Of a stretch of DNA of 64,000 nucleotides, positions 1 through 13,095 are shown one piece after another. The translations under genes were made by a program, and so were the position numbers. How positions within the stretch are numbered: position 1 is the first letter of the stretch; the number at the start of each line of letters is the position of its first letter. The notes under the pieces are model-generated. The model saw nothing but the letters and a program-made list of their open reading frames with translations, did not search any database and was not told the DNA's origin. Origin of the DNA: Veleropilina oligotropha (lineage: Eukaryota); NCBI GenBank assembly GCA_048128005.1, contig JBEUKZ010000132.1, positions 124,001 through 188,000 on the forward strand, read 5' to 3'.

Positions 1-1055
1 TGCGATGAGTTCCATGTCCAATTCCATTGCAGATATTACAACGGTCAAATGAAAAAATATATTAGAAAATATTTCACGGTCAGACCGAATATTATAAAAT
101 TGCACGACCTATTTCCTAATTCTTCATTGGCTTCAACAATAAAATTAAACAAATTCCCAAAAGAATGCGTTTTTACATAAAATCGCTATTGTGATTTATT
201 GAATTACTGTACTTGTATGTATAACTAATATTAGCAATATTACGATATATTATCGCAGACATTGTATTGTGTAATGTAAGTTAATATCTACTGCTGATAT
301 AACATTTAAGAAATTGTTATTTATGTATAATCTATAATATAACTATGTATAATATAATATATTACATATGGCAGTTATACATTGTTAGACCATTGTTACA
401 TTTGAAATAGTATTTTCATTATTCATTTTTATATCTGCTGTGTAAACAACTATGGTTAATTTTTTAACATATTATTATAGATACCAGTTAAAAATGTATA
501 ATCTGTGTTATTAGAGATATTTATCACCATATATCATGTAATTAGTTGAGCCGTTTACGGAGAAACTATTGTATTGAGGCTGTCTGTGTGTCTGTCTGTC
601 TGTGTGGTGGACTGTGTATGTCCACGCTGACTTTATTATTGCTCGACTATGCTTCATCTCGGATGCGCTTGTTTAAATATGTTTTGTACTAACAATAATT
701 TATTACAATTTATTATGTACCTTATATACCACAATGGTGGTCAGAGAGTAAAATAAAGAATCTGAATCATACTGAGCAATTCATTCACACCTCATCCGAT
801 GGCGATGGTAATTAACTGTATTTGCATAATACCATTATTTTTGCGCCCATGAGTGATGACCTTGTCACATTTTGAATTCAGGGTATGTGAGAAAATGTGG
901 TGTATTGTTGGTGCCATCATACCATCGCATCATACGCATGATAGAGCACCGAATCGATGGTGCGCCGGTATCATCGTATAGCAATAATCTTGTCATCGTC
1001 AACTTCATCAATGGCGTTGATACCACCATTGCATTAACAGTGCACCAGAGAGATA

Positions 1056-1219
1056 TAGAAGGGGATATGCGCCAAAAATAAACTCTGTACATTTAAACTT
1101 TTAACATGTTAACCATGTACATTTATTTTCCGATATGCCGTTTTAAAGTGTAGATTTTCATACTTCAATTATTTAAGTTTAATAGTACAGAGTTTATTTT
1201 TGACACATATCCCCCTCTA
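1056..1219. mobile_element. MITE-like element with ~40-bp terminal inverted repeats
   Basis: TAGAAGGGGATATGCGCCAAAAATAAACTCTGTAC (~1056-1090) is the inverted copy of GTACAGAGTTTATTTTTGACACATATCCCCCTCTA (~1185-1219); non-coding. Confidence 0.6.
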
Positions 1220-2057
1220 TAGAGAGAAGGTTGGTTGGTTGGCAACTTTTTGTTACGAATACTTTTGGCAATTTTTCAGCTTTATCGCAGTCGGGCCATC
1301 CTATCAGTTCGACCGATATAATATAGGTCATGCGCCTTCTATTAATTTAAACGGTTGAATGGTCCGACGTGAGATCGCACTCGGGCCCACCTAACAGACT
1401 GACGCTAACCTTTTATTATTTTTCAATTAAAGAACATATGGAACTGGCAGCGAAAAACGTATATTTATGATATTATAATAAGTGCAATTAAAATTACTTT
1501 AGCAAATACAAACACATACATCAATTTACAAATTAGTGACGTAGGCCTATTAAGCTTTATTAATACACATTAGAGCTTATTATCCGATATCGGTTTAATG
1601 CTTGATGCAGCCGTCAATATTTGTTCAACCTGATAGGTGATTGCTATTTTTCGCGAACTGGCACGATTGTACCGTTATAAGTAGCAGCGATATGTCTAAA
1701 ATATCATCAGTAAATTAGGGATGTTAATTGACTGGGACCTTTAGCTATACATTTTAAATAACTAATAAACAAATAAAATAATCCATAGACATGTTTGTTG
1801 ATACTTTTTATACATTTACATTTTCCGAATAGCCATTACCGAACAATAACCGTCGATGCTAAGTGAATGTTCATATTTATCTAGCAAAATACCAAGAACT
1901 ACAGATTTATTCTGCGAACATGTCGTGACGATGTTGATCCATGCATTGATGGGATTAATGATTAAATCAAAAGGATTTAGGACAGATGTCAGATGAGGCG
2001 AAGATCCAGTACTAACATGCTTACCAAGGCTCTCAATTTATTATCTTGGCTGCTTTT

Positions 2058-2372
2058 GGGGTGCTCTTTCGGTACTTCCCCCGCAGCTCCGGCTTTTATC
2101 ATATTTAAAGAGCTCCGGCTTTTATTTGTCTTAAATTCACGGCCTATGATAAGATACACGTGATGGGTACGTACGTAGTTGTATTGGCTTTACAAACGTA
2201 TATACACCGGACCGCCCCGTGAGCCTGGACTGACCGAGGTTCACCTGTTGCTAGTCCCCATGGATTTAACATTAACGACGCGTCCAAAGTCGTCCTTTTA
2301 TCGGAGATGAAAAACCGGATTTCCAAAGTTGAGTAAAAGCCGGAGCTGTGGGGGAAGTACCGAAAGAGCGCC
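2058..2372. mobile_element. MITE-like element with ~35-bp TIRs
   Basis: GCTCTTTCGGTACTTCCCCCGCAGCTCCGGCTTTT (~2063-2097) is inverted as AAAAGCCGGAGCTGTGGGGGAAGTACCGAAAGAGC (~2335-2369). Confidence 0.6.
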
Positions 2373-3475
2373 GCTTTTTGTAACAGTAGTAGATTCGAAT
2401 CCTCGGGTATTCCCTAACCCTAACCCTTGTTATGATATGGATTCAAAGGTTGTTAAAATCTATCATGAAGCATTGATTCAAACCAAAGAATAACAGACGC
2501 GATACATTCGTTTGATTTGATAACGTTAATTAAAAACAAATCACAGAAACAGTATTGTCGTTTTTGCATGTTGTCATTTTAATATATTGTGTTAAGAGTT
2601 CTTTAATGATGTATTTCTTTCTATATCGACTTTTTCGCTCAGGATATGTCAGAATTTCATGTAGAATCTCTTTATATCCCAAGTCGAGTAATGTTATTAG
2701 GAAATGCTTCAAATCTTGTTCATCAAATATATTTATAATTTCTTCTAATGATATCTGAACAACATGATCAATGTGGTAAATGAGAGCTGACGACTCAAAG
2801 GATCTTCAAATCGTTATCACTTTATTTATGTAATAAGGATATACGATTAACATGCAAACACAGATCAGAAGAGTAATATGCGAGGGCACACTCCGTTCCT
2901 ATATGTATGAAAAGGGTGTATTTTCTATTAAATACTGTGCCAAATTTGCATTTCAGCTTCCTCGCATGCAGATTATGAACTTAGAAGGGTAAAAAACAAT
3001 TAGTACTTTTGTTGCTTGACATCGAATCCGTTCCTACAAGTGGTTCATTGAAATATAAAACACGATTTTCTACATAAGAGTACGGTGCCCGGTTTTATGA
3101 GCAAGGCGTGGGTCGTCTTCAGTTCAATGACTAAACAGTTGGTTGCGTTTTAAGAGATAGAACTAGGCTATTTCTGACTTGCGTTAACCGTTCTATTATA
3201 TCCTAGGCCACCACAGTACAGTGTGAAGCAATCTGAAAGTGGTGCGACCAAAAGAATGTCGACTGAATCGGCCTACGGTGAACTAGTCCTGGACTAGACC
3301 TACGCATAGTTCAGAAAACCTGTCACAGAAGAACACGTTATCAAAACTGACTTCTGATGGACGGGAACCCATGCCAATCTGCGAAAATAAACTATAATAG
3401 ACGCTCCCAAACAACGATATTCCCATGCTATTGTCATTTCGTAAATTTGTTTATTAGACCTACATAGTCACTTAC

Positions 3476-5575
3476 CTGTATCAAAATAGTTGTAATGGAA
3501 ATGCCGAAAAAACTTTTGGGGTTGTTGTTGTCAACTATGGAGGTACTATCCCTGCCACAGAAGGTCTGATACATTTTCCACAACTTTGTTAAAATCTGTC
3601 CGTAAATCAAGGTATATCTCACTTGGAATGAAATATAATTAAACACGCATGTATCATACGTTGGTTTTAGCATCAGCGTAACGGGGATGACGTTTGTAAC
3701 TATGATGGTCATCATTGTAGCGTAGGATAATCCGTCACGTGACGACAACATAGCCGGATTTCGTCTGTAGATCTCTAAAAGAACAATTGTGGTTAGAAAT
3801 GTGGCGACGCCAACGAAAGTAAAGAAAACCATCACCAATCCGGCTGTGTGACCAACGCTCAGATGAAATTGGTCTATCAGAATGCAAAATGTTCTGTTCG
3901 CATTAGGCCATATGAATTCTTCAGATTGTGGGCATCGCTCACATTTTTCGGTTCCATTGACCGATAAAATTAATTCGTTATCTTTGCACTTTTCGCACTC
4001 CCAGCAGCATTTCGGTTTTTTAATAATCTTTTGGTATCCAAACGGGCAAGGCTCGCTACAGACCGATTTCGGGTACTCTTGTGCCCCTGTAATGATTTCC
4101 GGTCGGAAAGTCACCGGCTTGTTAAAGATTACATTTTGACATGACCCATTCCATGTTCCCACAATAACATCCACTAATTTATTGTTTGTTCTTTTGTAAT
4201 TGGTTATATAGTATTGCGCTGGTCCATTCTGATGTTTGTCAAAATAAACGCTTCCTGTTTCACCGCCAAAATTCAAATTGCGAAATGCTTTTAAAATTTT
4301 ACTACCCGTGATGCATTTCAAACGCTCTTCTTTCATCGGTTGTTGGCAATCGTTTCTTAAGACATAATCTACCCCTCGTGCAAACACATTGACGGCATCA
4401 ATAATTAAAGAAGCATATGAAAGAGTAGAATAACTTGCAGACGATCCGAAATTCTTCCAACTGCAAGTCGAAGAATTAATTATTCTTCCAGGTTCACCAC
4501 ACTTGTTTTCAATAGAAAAATACTCTTTAAGCCACAAATTTTTTACCGTGTTTGGTGTAAGCTGACTGAAATAATCCTCAAAACGAGACACAGGTGACGT
4601 CACAAAATTTGTGCGAATGAGGCCCAAGGCAACGTCATCGATGCCTTGATGAACAAAGTCCTCCGGATTATGGCCCCAACTATCCGTACCAATCCAAAAA
4701 AAATCATTTGCCATTCCCTTGTTCTTTACAGTCCACATAAATTGAAATGCCTGAACTGGCAGGAGTATGATGACGATGGCTCGAGCTTTAGGGGTCATTG
4801 AAATTTGTTTTACGAAGTAGTCGTAATCGTTTTGAGTAGAACTTGGTTTCACCTCTAGTGCCACATGTATGCACACTCCAGAAATTTTGGTGTTTCTTTC
4901 TAATTCCAGATACAGTTCTGTTCCATAACTCCCCTCTTCGTAAATAACAGAAAAATATGTCCACCCAAAATGGCGCATAATGGCCAATATTGCTTGAGCT
5001 TGGTACGTATCAGGAGGCACAATTCTCAGAAAATATGGGAATTTATGTTTGTCACTTAATAATGGACTGGAGGAGGTAAAACTTAAAAGAGGAATATTGT
5101 ACATCGCCAAAATTGGCGACATCAGAATAGTATTTCGACTGCCACCGGCGCAAATCACACCAATAACAGACAGATCTTCAATGACCCTTTTGTCGGAAGA
5201 ACACAAATCATTACTATTTCCTTTGTTGGTGTTAATAAATCTTAAAGTCTGGGCTTGCGCAGTGAGATCTTTTGAACATGTATCTACAATAGTAAACCCA
5301 AGGGATATGTTGGAAAGAAGATTTCCATCGTTCACTTCATTTATGGCAAATGCAGCTACTTCGGTTCTCTCTATCTCGGCGAGCTCTCGAAGAGTGTTTG
5401 AGCACGCATGAGAGACGTGGCGCTCGTGAATGTTCAAGGCCACCCCGATCATTATGTCGCCATTTTGAGTATAATTGGCAGTTCGCATGTTTGGCCATTT
5501 GCTCGTGCCGGATGATTTATAATGCATACACAATAGGTACAGAAAGATGATCTGGAGACGTTGTCTGTAACACAT
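3476..5575 (-). CDS. Class C GPCR (metabotropic glutamate receptor-like), large coding exon: signal peptide, Venus flytrap domain, Cys-rich domain, first ~4 TM helices
   Basis: Class C motifs GDIMIG, AINEVN..LL.NISLGF.I.DTC, LSDK..FPYFLR..PPD..QA, FGWTY, EGSYG, WIGTDSWG, DAV..FA, and the Cys-rich SVCSEPC...CCWECEKC...CERCP, followed by hydrophobic helices. Acceptor tttag directly before the ATG (5575); donor CAG|GTAAG at 3476/3475. Remaining TM exons were not found in the window. Confidence 0.9.
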
Positions 5576-5633
5576 CTAAAAGGAAAGCAAAAATGATTAA
5601 AGTGGGATTAAGGGTGATATCATCTGAATATTG

Positions 5634-5841
5634 CACGCTCGGATCCAGGGGGTTTCAGGGGATCGGAACTCCCACTTTTTTATCATTCACAATTTCGATT
5701 GTAAGAAATATCGCGTATTGGCTCTGTCAAAATGCAGGAGAGAGGGTTTCACACAGTTAATTGTCAAATTGTTCCTGTTGATAGTATATTTATTTCCTTA
5801 AAGTTATACCCCATAGTTTCAAAATCCTGGATCCGTCCCTA
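5634..5841. mobile_element. Non-autonomous hAT-type MITE with termini related to the large hAT; 5-bp TSD TATTG
   Basis: Ends CACGCTCGGATCCAGG ... CCTGGATCCGTCCCTA share the CGGATCCAGG core with the TIR at 15072/34561; TATTG at 5629-5633 and 5842-5846. Confidence 0.75.
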
Positions 5842-6539
5842 TATTGTGCAACCGCTTCCATCGTCTATTTAAAGCAATCATGTTTAGTGAATATATTGTG
5901 ATAACATGTATATCATGCAGTGTAGCACCACAAAACAAGACAATCCCGAGATTGCAAACATTCGCCCCGGTGGCAAGAAATATGGTGATATGTCTGCGAA
6001 TAATGGTTAAATAACATTGTTTTACGATGACTTTAGAACGTTGAAAAAAGGCAATCGCTACCGTTTGCCAATCGACAGGAAATCTTCATCTAGATCAGTG
6101 GATTGTTTAATAAAAGCAATAGAAGGGAATTTAATATATATGTGTATGCATGCAAATATGGAAGCAAACATGCAAAAAACAACGTAAGATGAGAATGTCA
6201 GCCAGTTATCGATACATCAATGACTACAGCTGGATAAAAATATATGTTACCCTCCTTTGTTTTGTTAACAAGCATATTGAGCAGCTTTGTTGTCAGAAAT
6301 TTAATGGTAATTTTGGTGTTGTTCATATATACTGAAATATATAATGAAAATGGACTTTTAAAATGGCATTTCGGTAAATAAAAGTCCATAGAATATGTGC
6401 GTTAATTAAGTGGATGTGCAGCTAACAGCACAATGCGTTGACATATCTATATTACATCTAATCCACAAAAGTTCCAGTTGTTGAGTAACAACAGCGACAA
6501 GTAGCCGGACAATGTATGACATGATGAAGCACAGTTAAA

Positions 6540-6865
6540 ACAAGCCTGCAGGACTACAGAGCGAGACTGTGGCCAGCGCAAATGACACTTACTTGTCAAC
6601 TCTGACAGCAATGTAAACACAGTGTATTTTGAAGAGAGAAATAGATTTCAGAGTTTGAAAAATTAGGAAATTGCGTCATAAAATACGGATCTGCTATCTA
6701 ATTCGGATCATCTTCGAGGAGGACCGAGCGTAGGGTGACCCCTATTACGTGTACAAAAATGAGTTAATCGGACCGATGGTTGTTAAGATATGGACGCGGA
6801 CAAACAGACAAACCGATCCGATTGAAATACCTTCTCCCACACTATACGTGGGCGAAGGTAACAAG
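6540..6865 (+). mobile_element. Non-autonomous Helitron/Helentron-like repeat (ACAAG start, 3' hairpin)
   Basis: Starts ACAAG in an A-run; 3' stem-loop CCTTCTCCCAC...GTGGGCGAAGG; same architecture as elements at 46200 and 48040. Confidence 0.4.
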
Positions 6866-9800
6866 TGGACTATGCATCTGGTGGTGGAATTCAATAACAG
6901 ATGTGTTCTAAAGCACCCGATTTTTGACGTTTATTTTCATTATTGCGCTGATCATTATAAAATTTCAAATCTCATCATATAATATTTTCTGTTTTATGAT
7001 TTTTATTTAATATATCCACGTTGAAATATGATTCTAACATGAGCATGACATGCGATTTACCAGTATAAAGTCCCATCCCAATGGTCACCAATTATTTCAT
7101 CATTATTAATTCGCACGACTACAGAGAAACATGGTTCGCCTGATCTTATTTAATGCTTTATACTTGAAAATACATCTCTTATATTAATACAAAATTATGT
7201 CTTAAAACAATTTTTATCGTAAAGAAAATTCTTTGAAAAAAAACATATTTTAACATAAAAGTGAATTTCACATAACATCACACAACACTTTCCGCTACTT
7301 ACCTTGATGTTATGTTTTCACGTGTAACGTTTTTTTGTATCCGTACTTTACGATTACTGCAAAAAATATATATTAGCTAGGCCTATGACACTCGGAACAG
7401 TGAGCAAATATGAAATGTCTATCTAAAGTGCCCACAACGGACATGACAGACACATTGGTCAGAATAATAGCATGCTCCAATCGATTTTGTATAACCATTT
7501 TGCAATTTCAATAAAACTAACGTAAAATCTAATGTTTTATCATGCATCTCGGATCAATCTGATAACTGCCATATATGAAGTGTTAAATAGTACGACATCC
7601 ATGGTGCTACAAATCAATAAGACTCAACACGGTTTTCAAATTAGACAAAGCATCCGAGACTCTGGCGCAGCGGTCGAACGAGAACAATAAACGTATATTT
7701 ATAGTATTTTATCTACAGATCTAAACCCATTTACCTTATTTGATGACATTGTATGACCAATTGTAGCAGGGATGCAACTGCATAGGGTATTTTTAACACA
7801 TCCAATGAAAATAAATATAACAAGATAATCGAGAATAATCTTCGGCCCGCTGAACAAATCCCACTGGGAGTACTGGGGAGTTTCCCCCCATTTCACACTG
7901 CACCAATTCATCTCAAATTTGATTAACCAGATTTATGACTGAAATATTGTTGGCGTGGTCATTAAACATCAATTCATCATTATCATCATCAAATCCAAGT
8001 TTTTGACATTGTGATATTCTTTTACAATTGATTGCAAGTATATGCCATTACATCTATAGCCGTCTGGAAGTCGATAAGTAACATGCTGATTAAAGCCAGA
8101 AATATACACGGCCAATATTTTTCCCGCAATTATCAGAAAGAAGAAAACGGAAATGACGTCATAAAATCCCGATCCGCTTTGGGATGTTTTTTTTGGAATT
8201 TTCAGGGTGGAAGTGTATGCCATCACATAGCCGTCCGGAAGACAACTAGGAACATGATGGTTAAATGACGTCATAAAAACCCGATCCAGATTGGGATATT
8301 TTTTGGAATTTTCAGGGTCAATGACATACTCAGCCGTGTACTAAAATTTAAATAAAATCGCATCTGTTGATACCGCGAACAAGTCGCAGACTCGGAGAAG
8401 AGATGCCGTTTGTGAATTTTGCATGATGGACTTTAATCATTATGCAATTATTGACATTTTTTAATATGCATATGATGACGAATATTTGCTTTGCATTGGC
8501 CGTGATATTATCGTTGGAAGAAAGCTCGGAATTTCGATGAAATGTTCCCCTCATCCACCCTGGTTAGCAGGAGTGGGGCCGACCTAGTAACTTTGTTCAG
8601 TTAACAGTCGCTCATAACTGTATGATGCTGGTGGGTTTACCCGGGCGACCTGGCATTTCCCCTGTGATGATATGGAATATTAATCATTGATTCAATCCAA
8701 ACTAAATCTGAATATGTTCGCGAATATGAAATCACTACGCTAGTGCCGCATATATACAAGAGTGATTTATGACTATGGGATCCATTGAGGATATACCTTG
8801 CTAACATCAACTATGGAATAAGATATTCTCAGGTTAGAGACACCGGTTAGTACTAACCGCGCTTCATGAATACCAGTTTTTCAGATTAATCCTGAAGATA
8901 TATTTTATCGTCAGGTTAAGGCGCTATCCTGTCTTCATGAATACGAGCCATTATGTATTGGTTAACCAACGAGGGACTGTGGATTCGTGTAAAAGAATTC
9001 ACGCGTTAAAGAGACTATTGCTCGTAAATGCGCTCTTTTCGTGACTGTGTAGCATGACCGATCAAAGTCTATTGCACGGTTCGTACAGATTGATACAGAT
9101 TGATACAAATTTCACGAAGATATGATCGATATATGATCAAATGATAGACTTTTATTGAAATTATTATTGTAACTGGGCAATGTATGTTATTGTCAAGTAG
9201 AAAGGTATCTTACTTGACGAGCATAATCCTACGCAACTGTGCTTCAACTAGGTCATATGGAAATGCCCTCGGTGCGAGGTAATTAAACGAGGACCGCGTT
9301 TTATTATTTTTAAAAATTCAGTTGCGATTAATTTAAAAGGTAGCAAATTACTGACGAAAGTTGAGTGTTGAAAATTTCTAACTTCTTATGTTATAAACAA
9401 AAAGTGTAATGCGGTTAGTTTTCTTTTTAAAATGAAAGAGCGCATCTACGGGCAATATTCTCTTTAAAATAATGGTTATTGTTTTATTTTCAGTGTTCAC
9501 ATGTCCTAGAATGGACTCGCCCGCAGATAAATCGAGCACTTTGGATTTATTCTGCCTTAAACATTATTTCCTCACTTTATGGAATGGAATCGTCCATAGA
9601 ACGGAATTAATGCTCACAACGCCTGTGTAATTGGTCTTTTAATCAGCGACACAAAAGTGTTACAGTGGTGGATTCGCGTAGAATAATCAACAGTTATAAC
9701 AAAAGAAAACTAGGTCAAAATGGATTAACTATGTAGAAATTATACATGGCAGCAGGCGTAATAGACAGTCCGTATAAAGTGTTCTGATTACATGAAAAGC

Positions 9801-10734
9801 ATTGATAATAATTATATGCATATCTCCACTCAAGAAACATAAATCAAAACAAATCGACACCGCTATACAAGCTGGTATACCAAATCATAAGTTTTAATCT
9901 GTCTTCACCATTGAACACGGCTCCCCTTTCCCAAATAAGGAATCCTGGCTAACCACCCCCTAGCTGAAACAGCGACATAATCATCGAAGTTGCAATCCTC
10001 ACAAACCCATGTAAGCAGATACTAGTATGCCGGCGGAAATCGTCATTAAATGAGACAGCTGTTAAGATGTATTTACCATATTAAATCAGGACTACCTTAG
10101 CCAATGAACAATCCCGTGCAATTGTCTATGTAAACTCACACAGCATGACGCATTTGGTACTACCATGCTCTAACGGATACTGAACATAACTTCCAGAAGC
10201 ACCTTTCAACTGACTCTCAAGGTTTCGTAATGCCCTCTGGCACGTATAACGCATGGGTCTTATCATTCGGTAAAACTATCATGCTCCAAGCCCCTTTGGA
10301 TCGACACAATGTCCATAGCACCACGCTAGATTGAAACGAAGCATTTCTACGCAACAAAACTTAAATGTGCTGAATGATGGGAAGACAGCTAAAGACCGTG
10401 CTCAGTATGTTTTTTACGACACAAAAAAATCATGAACTCAAACGTCTCCAAAAATCATTCTATCAATACAAGATCGTTGAAATCATATATACTGATAATC
10501 GAAAGTAATAGGACAATATTAAGAATATAATCGAACTGAACAGGAAAGGTTCATCCTTAAATAGATTGACTCGAACTGAGTGTGATGGTGATCCTTAAAT
10601 TTTAGCTGAACGTATAACTCATTCTTTGCCACAGTGAGCTCATGATTAACCACCGTAAAAAATAAGACAAAGGAGAGCCCTTCCCTGTCGTCCCATACAA
10701 ATATATAATCACCACTGATCAAGTGCTGCATCTA

Positions 10735-11600
10735 TTAAAGTTGCAGGCACAGATGGAATACCTACGAAAATCATAAAATACATAGCCGATATCATCGTAG
10801 CTCCTGTATCTGCCATATTTTAACAGCGTGCAGGAAGCTTACTTGACATATATGTAAAAGTCTGCTGACGTCATACCGATACCCAAAGTAAAGTACGCTA
10901 AGAGCATTGATTTAAAGCCCCATCTTCCTTACCCACATCTTGTAAAACGAACTGGAGTCCTTCGTCATGAGTGTGGGACGAAATCAAGAATTTGTGCCGG
11001 TGCCGGTGCCAATTCGAGAGTCTGTCTGGTACGACCCATTCCCATTTCAAGAGTACACATCACTGGTTATCAAATCTGTAAAGAGGTGACATATAGAGTA
11101 CTACTGCTCGACTAGAGCAAGGCATTCGATCTCATCGACCATCGTATTTGTTAGAAAAATGAAGAAAATAACGCAAACACTCCTGAAGTTCGCCCATGAT
11201 GAATGACGGACTTTCTCATAAAGAGACAATTAGACGTTCGCATCGATTAACATACATTCTTACCACAACCAATACTAATGTCTGGTATTCGTCAGTCACA
11301 CAAGAGTAGTCCACATTCATTGAAAATATCCAGCGCTGCGCGATTCACATCGTGTTGCCTCCGTGTTGCGCTGAAAAGAGCTGCTGCCTTCAATGAGTAA
11401 TAGACACGACGAATTATGCAAGAAAATGTAAAAACGCTACTATCCATCCGTCGAATTTCTTGAATTACTCCCTGACATATAATAAAAAATGAATTACAAC
11501 CATCGAAGCGCTAAAGCCGGTCCAGTCCCCTTTGCCAAACGAACAGATGTAAGAATAGTTAATCCATTTGGGTCTTGTTCAAATTCTAGTAATGATATGA
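10735..11600 (+). pseudogene. Highly decayed LINE reverse-transcriptase fragment
   Basis: Residual motifs across frameshifts: AG.DGIP (10745), V.PIPK (10870), ISL (10920), D.SKAFDLIDH (11110), late RT/tail motif R.KNS..P (11545). Confidence 0.55.
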
Positions 11601-11927
11601 GTAACTTTTAAAAATGTTACAGAAATGATCTTAAATAATTATTTGTAAACGTATTTTAAGTATTTTAACATCTTTTATTATGTGACATTTTAACTATTTT
11701 CGTTTGCAATGTTATCCTTTTTTCACAGTGCTTTTATTATTTTGAATCACTACCACTCTCGGTGTGTTTCTTTTATCCTTGTCCGAATGTCATTGCTTTA
11801 TTTACAGCAGTTATCCTACTTTATCTACTTATTTCAGTTTAACATACTGCATTATAACAATTTATATTGTATACCATTTAACTACTGTATTTTAGTTGCA
11901 ATAAATTGTATTGCAATAATATAATAG

Positions 11928-12443
11928 TTTATCACATGACAAAGCTGTTATGGAACGGTTCCGTTCCATAAATTTCGATACAAAAAGACACGTCACATAA
12001 GTATGCAAATGTGGGCGATCATGACGGCCGATCATCGCATCTGGCGCCAAGTTGATTAGGCGGCGCATCACCTCCATTAACATATTGAATAATTCATACG
12101 CGTTGACTCGTCGATTACTGACGGTGAACTATTTTTTATTGGCGTACTGGCGTGGCGCGTGCTTTCGATGCGTGATGCGTCTGAGGCAATGGCAATTTAT
12201 GGCTGAAAGTACTGACAGAAATTAGTTTTAAAACGTAAAGAAATGTGTTTAAAAACGCAATAAAATAAGTTTAAAGGTAAATAAAGTCATGTGATATAGA
12301 AGATATGAAACTTGTGTCCATTTCATATGAAAATTATGAAACTCGTCAGCAAATTTATGTACCTCGCCAAGGCTCTGTACATAAATTGTGCCCGACTCGT
12401 TTCATAATCCTCATATGGAATGGACACTCGTTCGATATCCTCT
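11928..12443 (-). repeat. Dispersed ~510-bp non-autonomous DNA repeat, copy 1
   Basis: High-identity inverted copy of 61279-61780 (e.g. GTACCTCGCCAAGGCTCTGTA, GGCAATGGCAATTTATGGCTGAAAGTACTGACAGAAATT). Confidence 0.8.
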
Positions 12444-13095
12444 ATATATCAATTTGTATTATTAACGTGCGCTATGTACATACCTGAAAATATCTATATT
12501 ATGTGATACACCATATTCGATAACTACCCACCTTTGGTTCGCGATAAGTGTATTTTGTATTGTCTTCAGCTTTCATAAGATTCGTCCGATTGTGGAGACA
12601 TAAACTATCATGTATCATGTATTATTTAATAACTGTCAAGTATCGTGTGAAACATTCGAAATCCATTTCCTGAAAATGTTCATATATTATGTATAGGATA
12701 TAGACTGAAAAGTGTCCATTAAGTCAGATAATAGAGAGTTGGAGGCGCGTTAGCGATGTGCCTTGATGTTACTTAAGATTAGGGTCAATGTCTTTATTTT
12801 AAAGGTCAAATATGGCAGTCATAAAATCGTATATTCGCACTAGAATTATGATTACATAAACATTAAATATATGCTAAGCCAGTTGAAACAAAAAAAATAT
12901 TGAAATTACACCAAAATACTATTGTTTAAAATTGTCACAAAGTTGGGCGTGTCCAGAGAAACTTTGTTCGTGACCTGTGACCTTGCAAGCGATTGTGACC
13001 GCAAAACCGTCCAACAAATGCCATAATCATGACAGCTCGTGCTAGGACAATTAGTGCGAAGATCGCGATAACTCGTGCCACATTCAATAGAACTT

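Noticed and set aside
2530..2758. Possible downstream GPCR exon
   Set aside because: Translations lack class C TM5-7 motifs (e.g. P.NFNEAK) and convincing splice sites.
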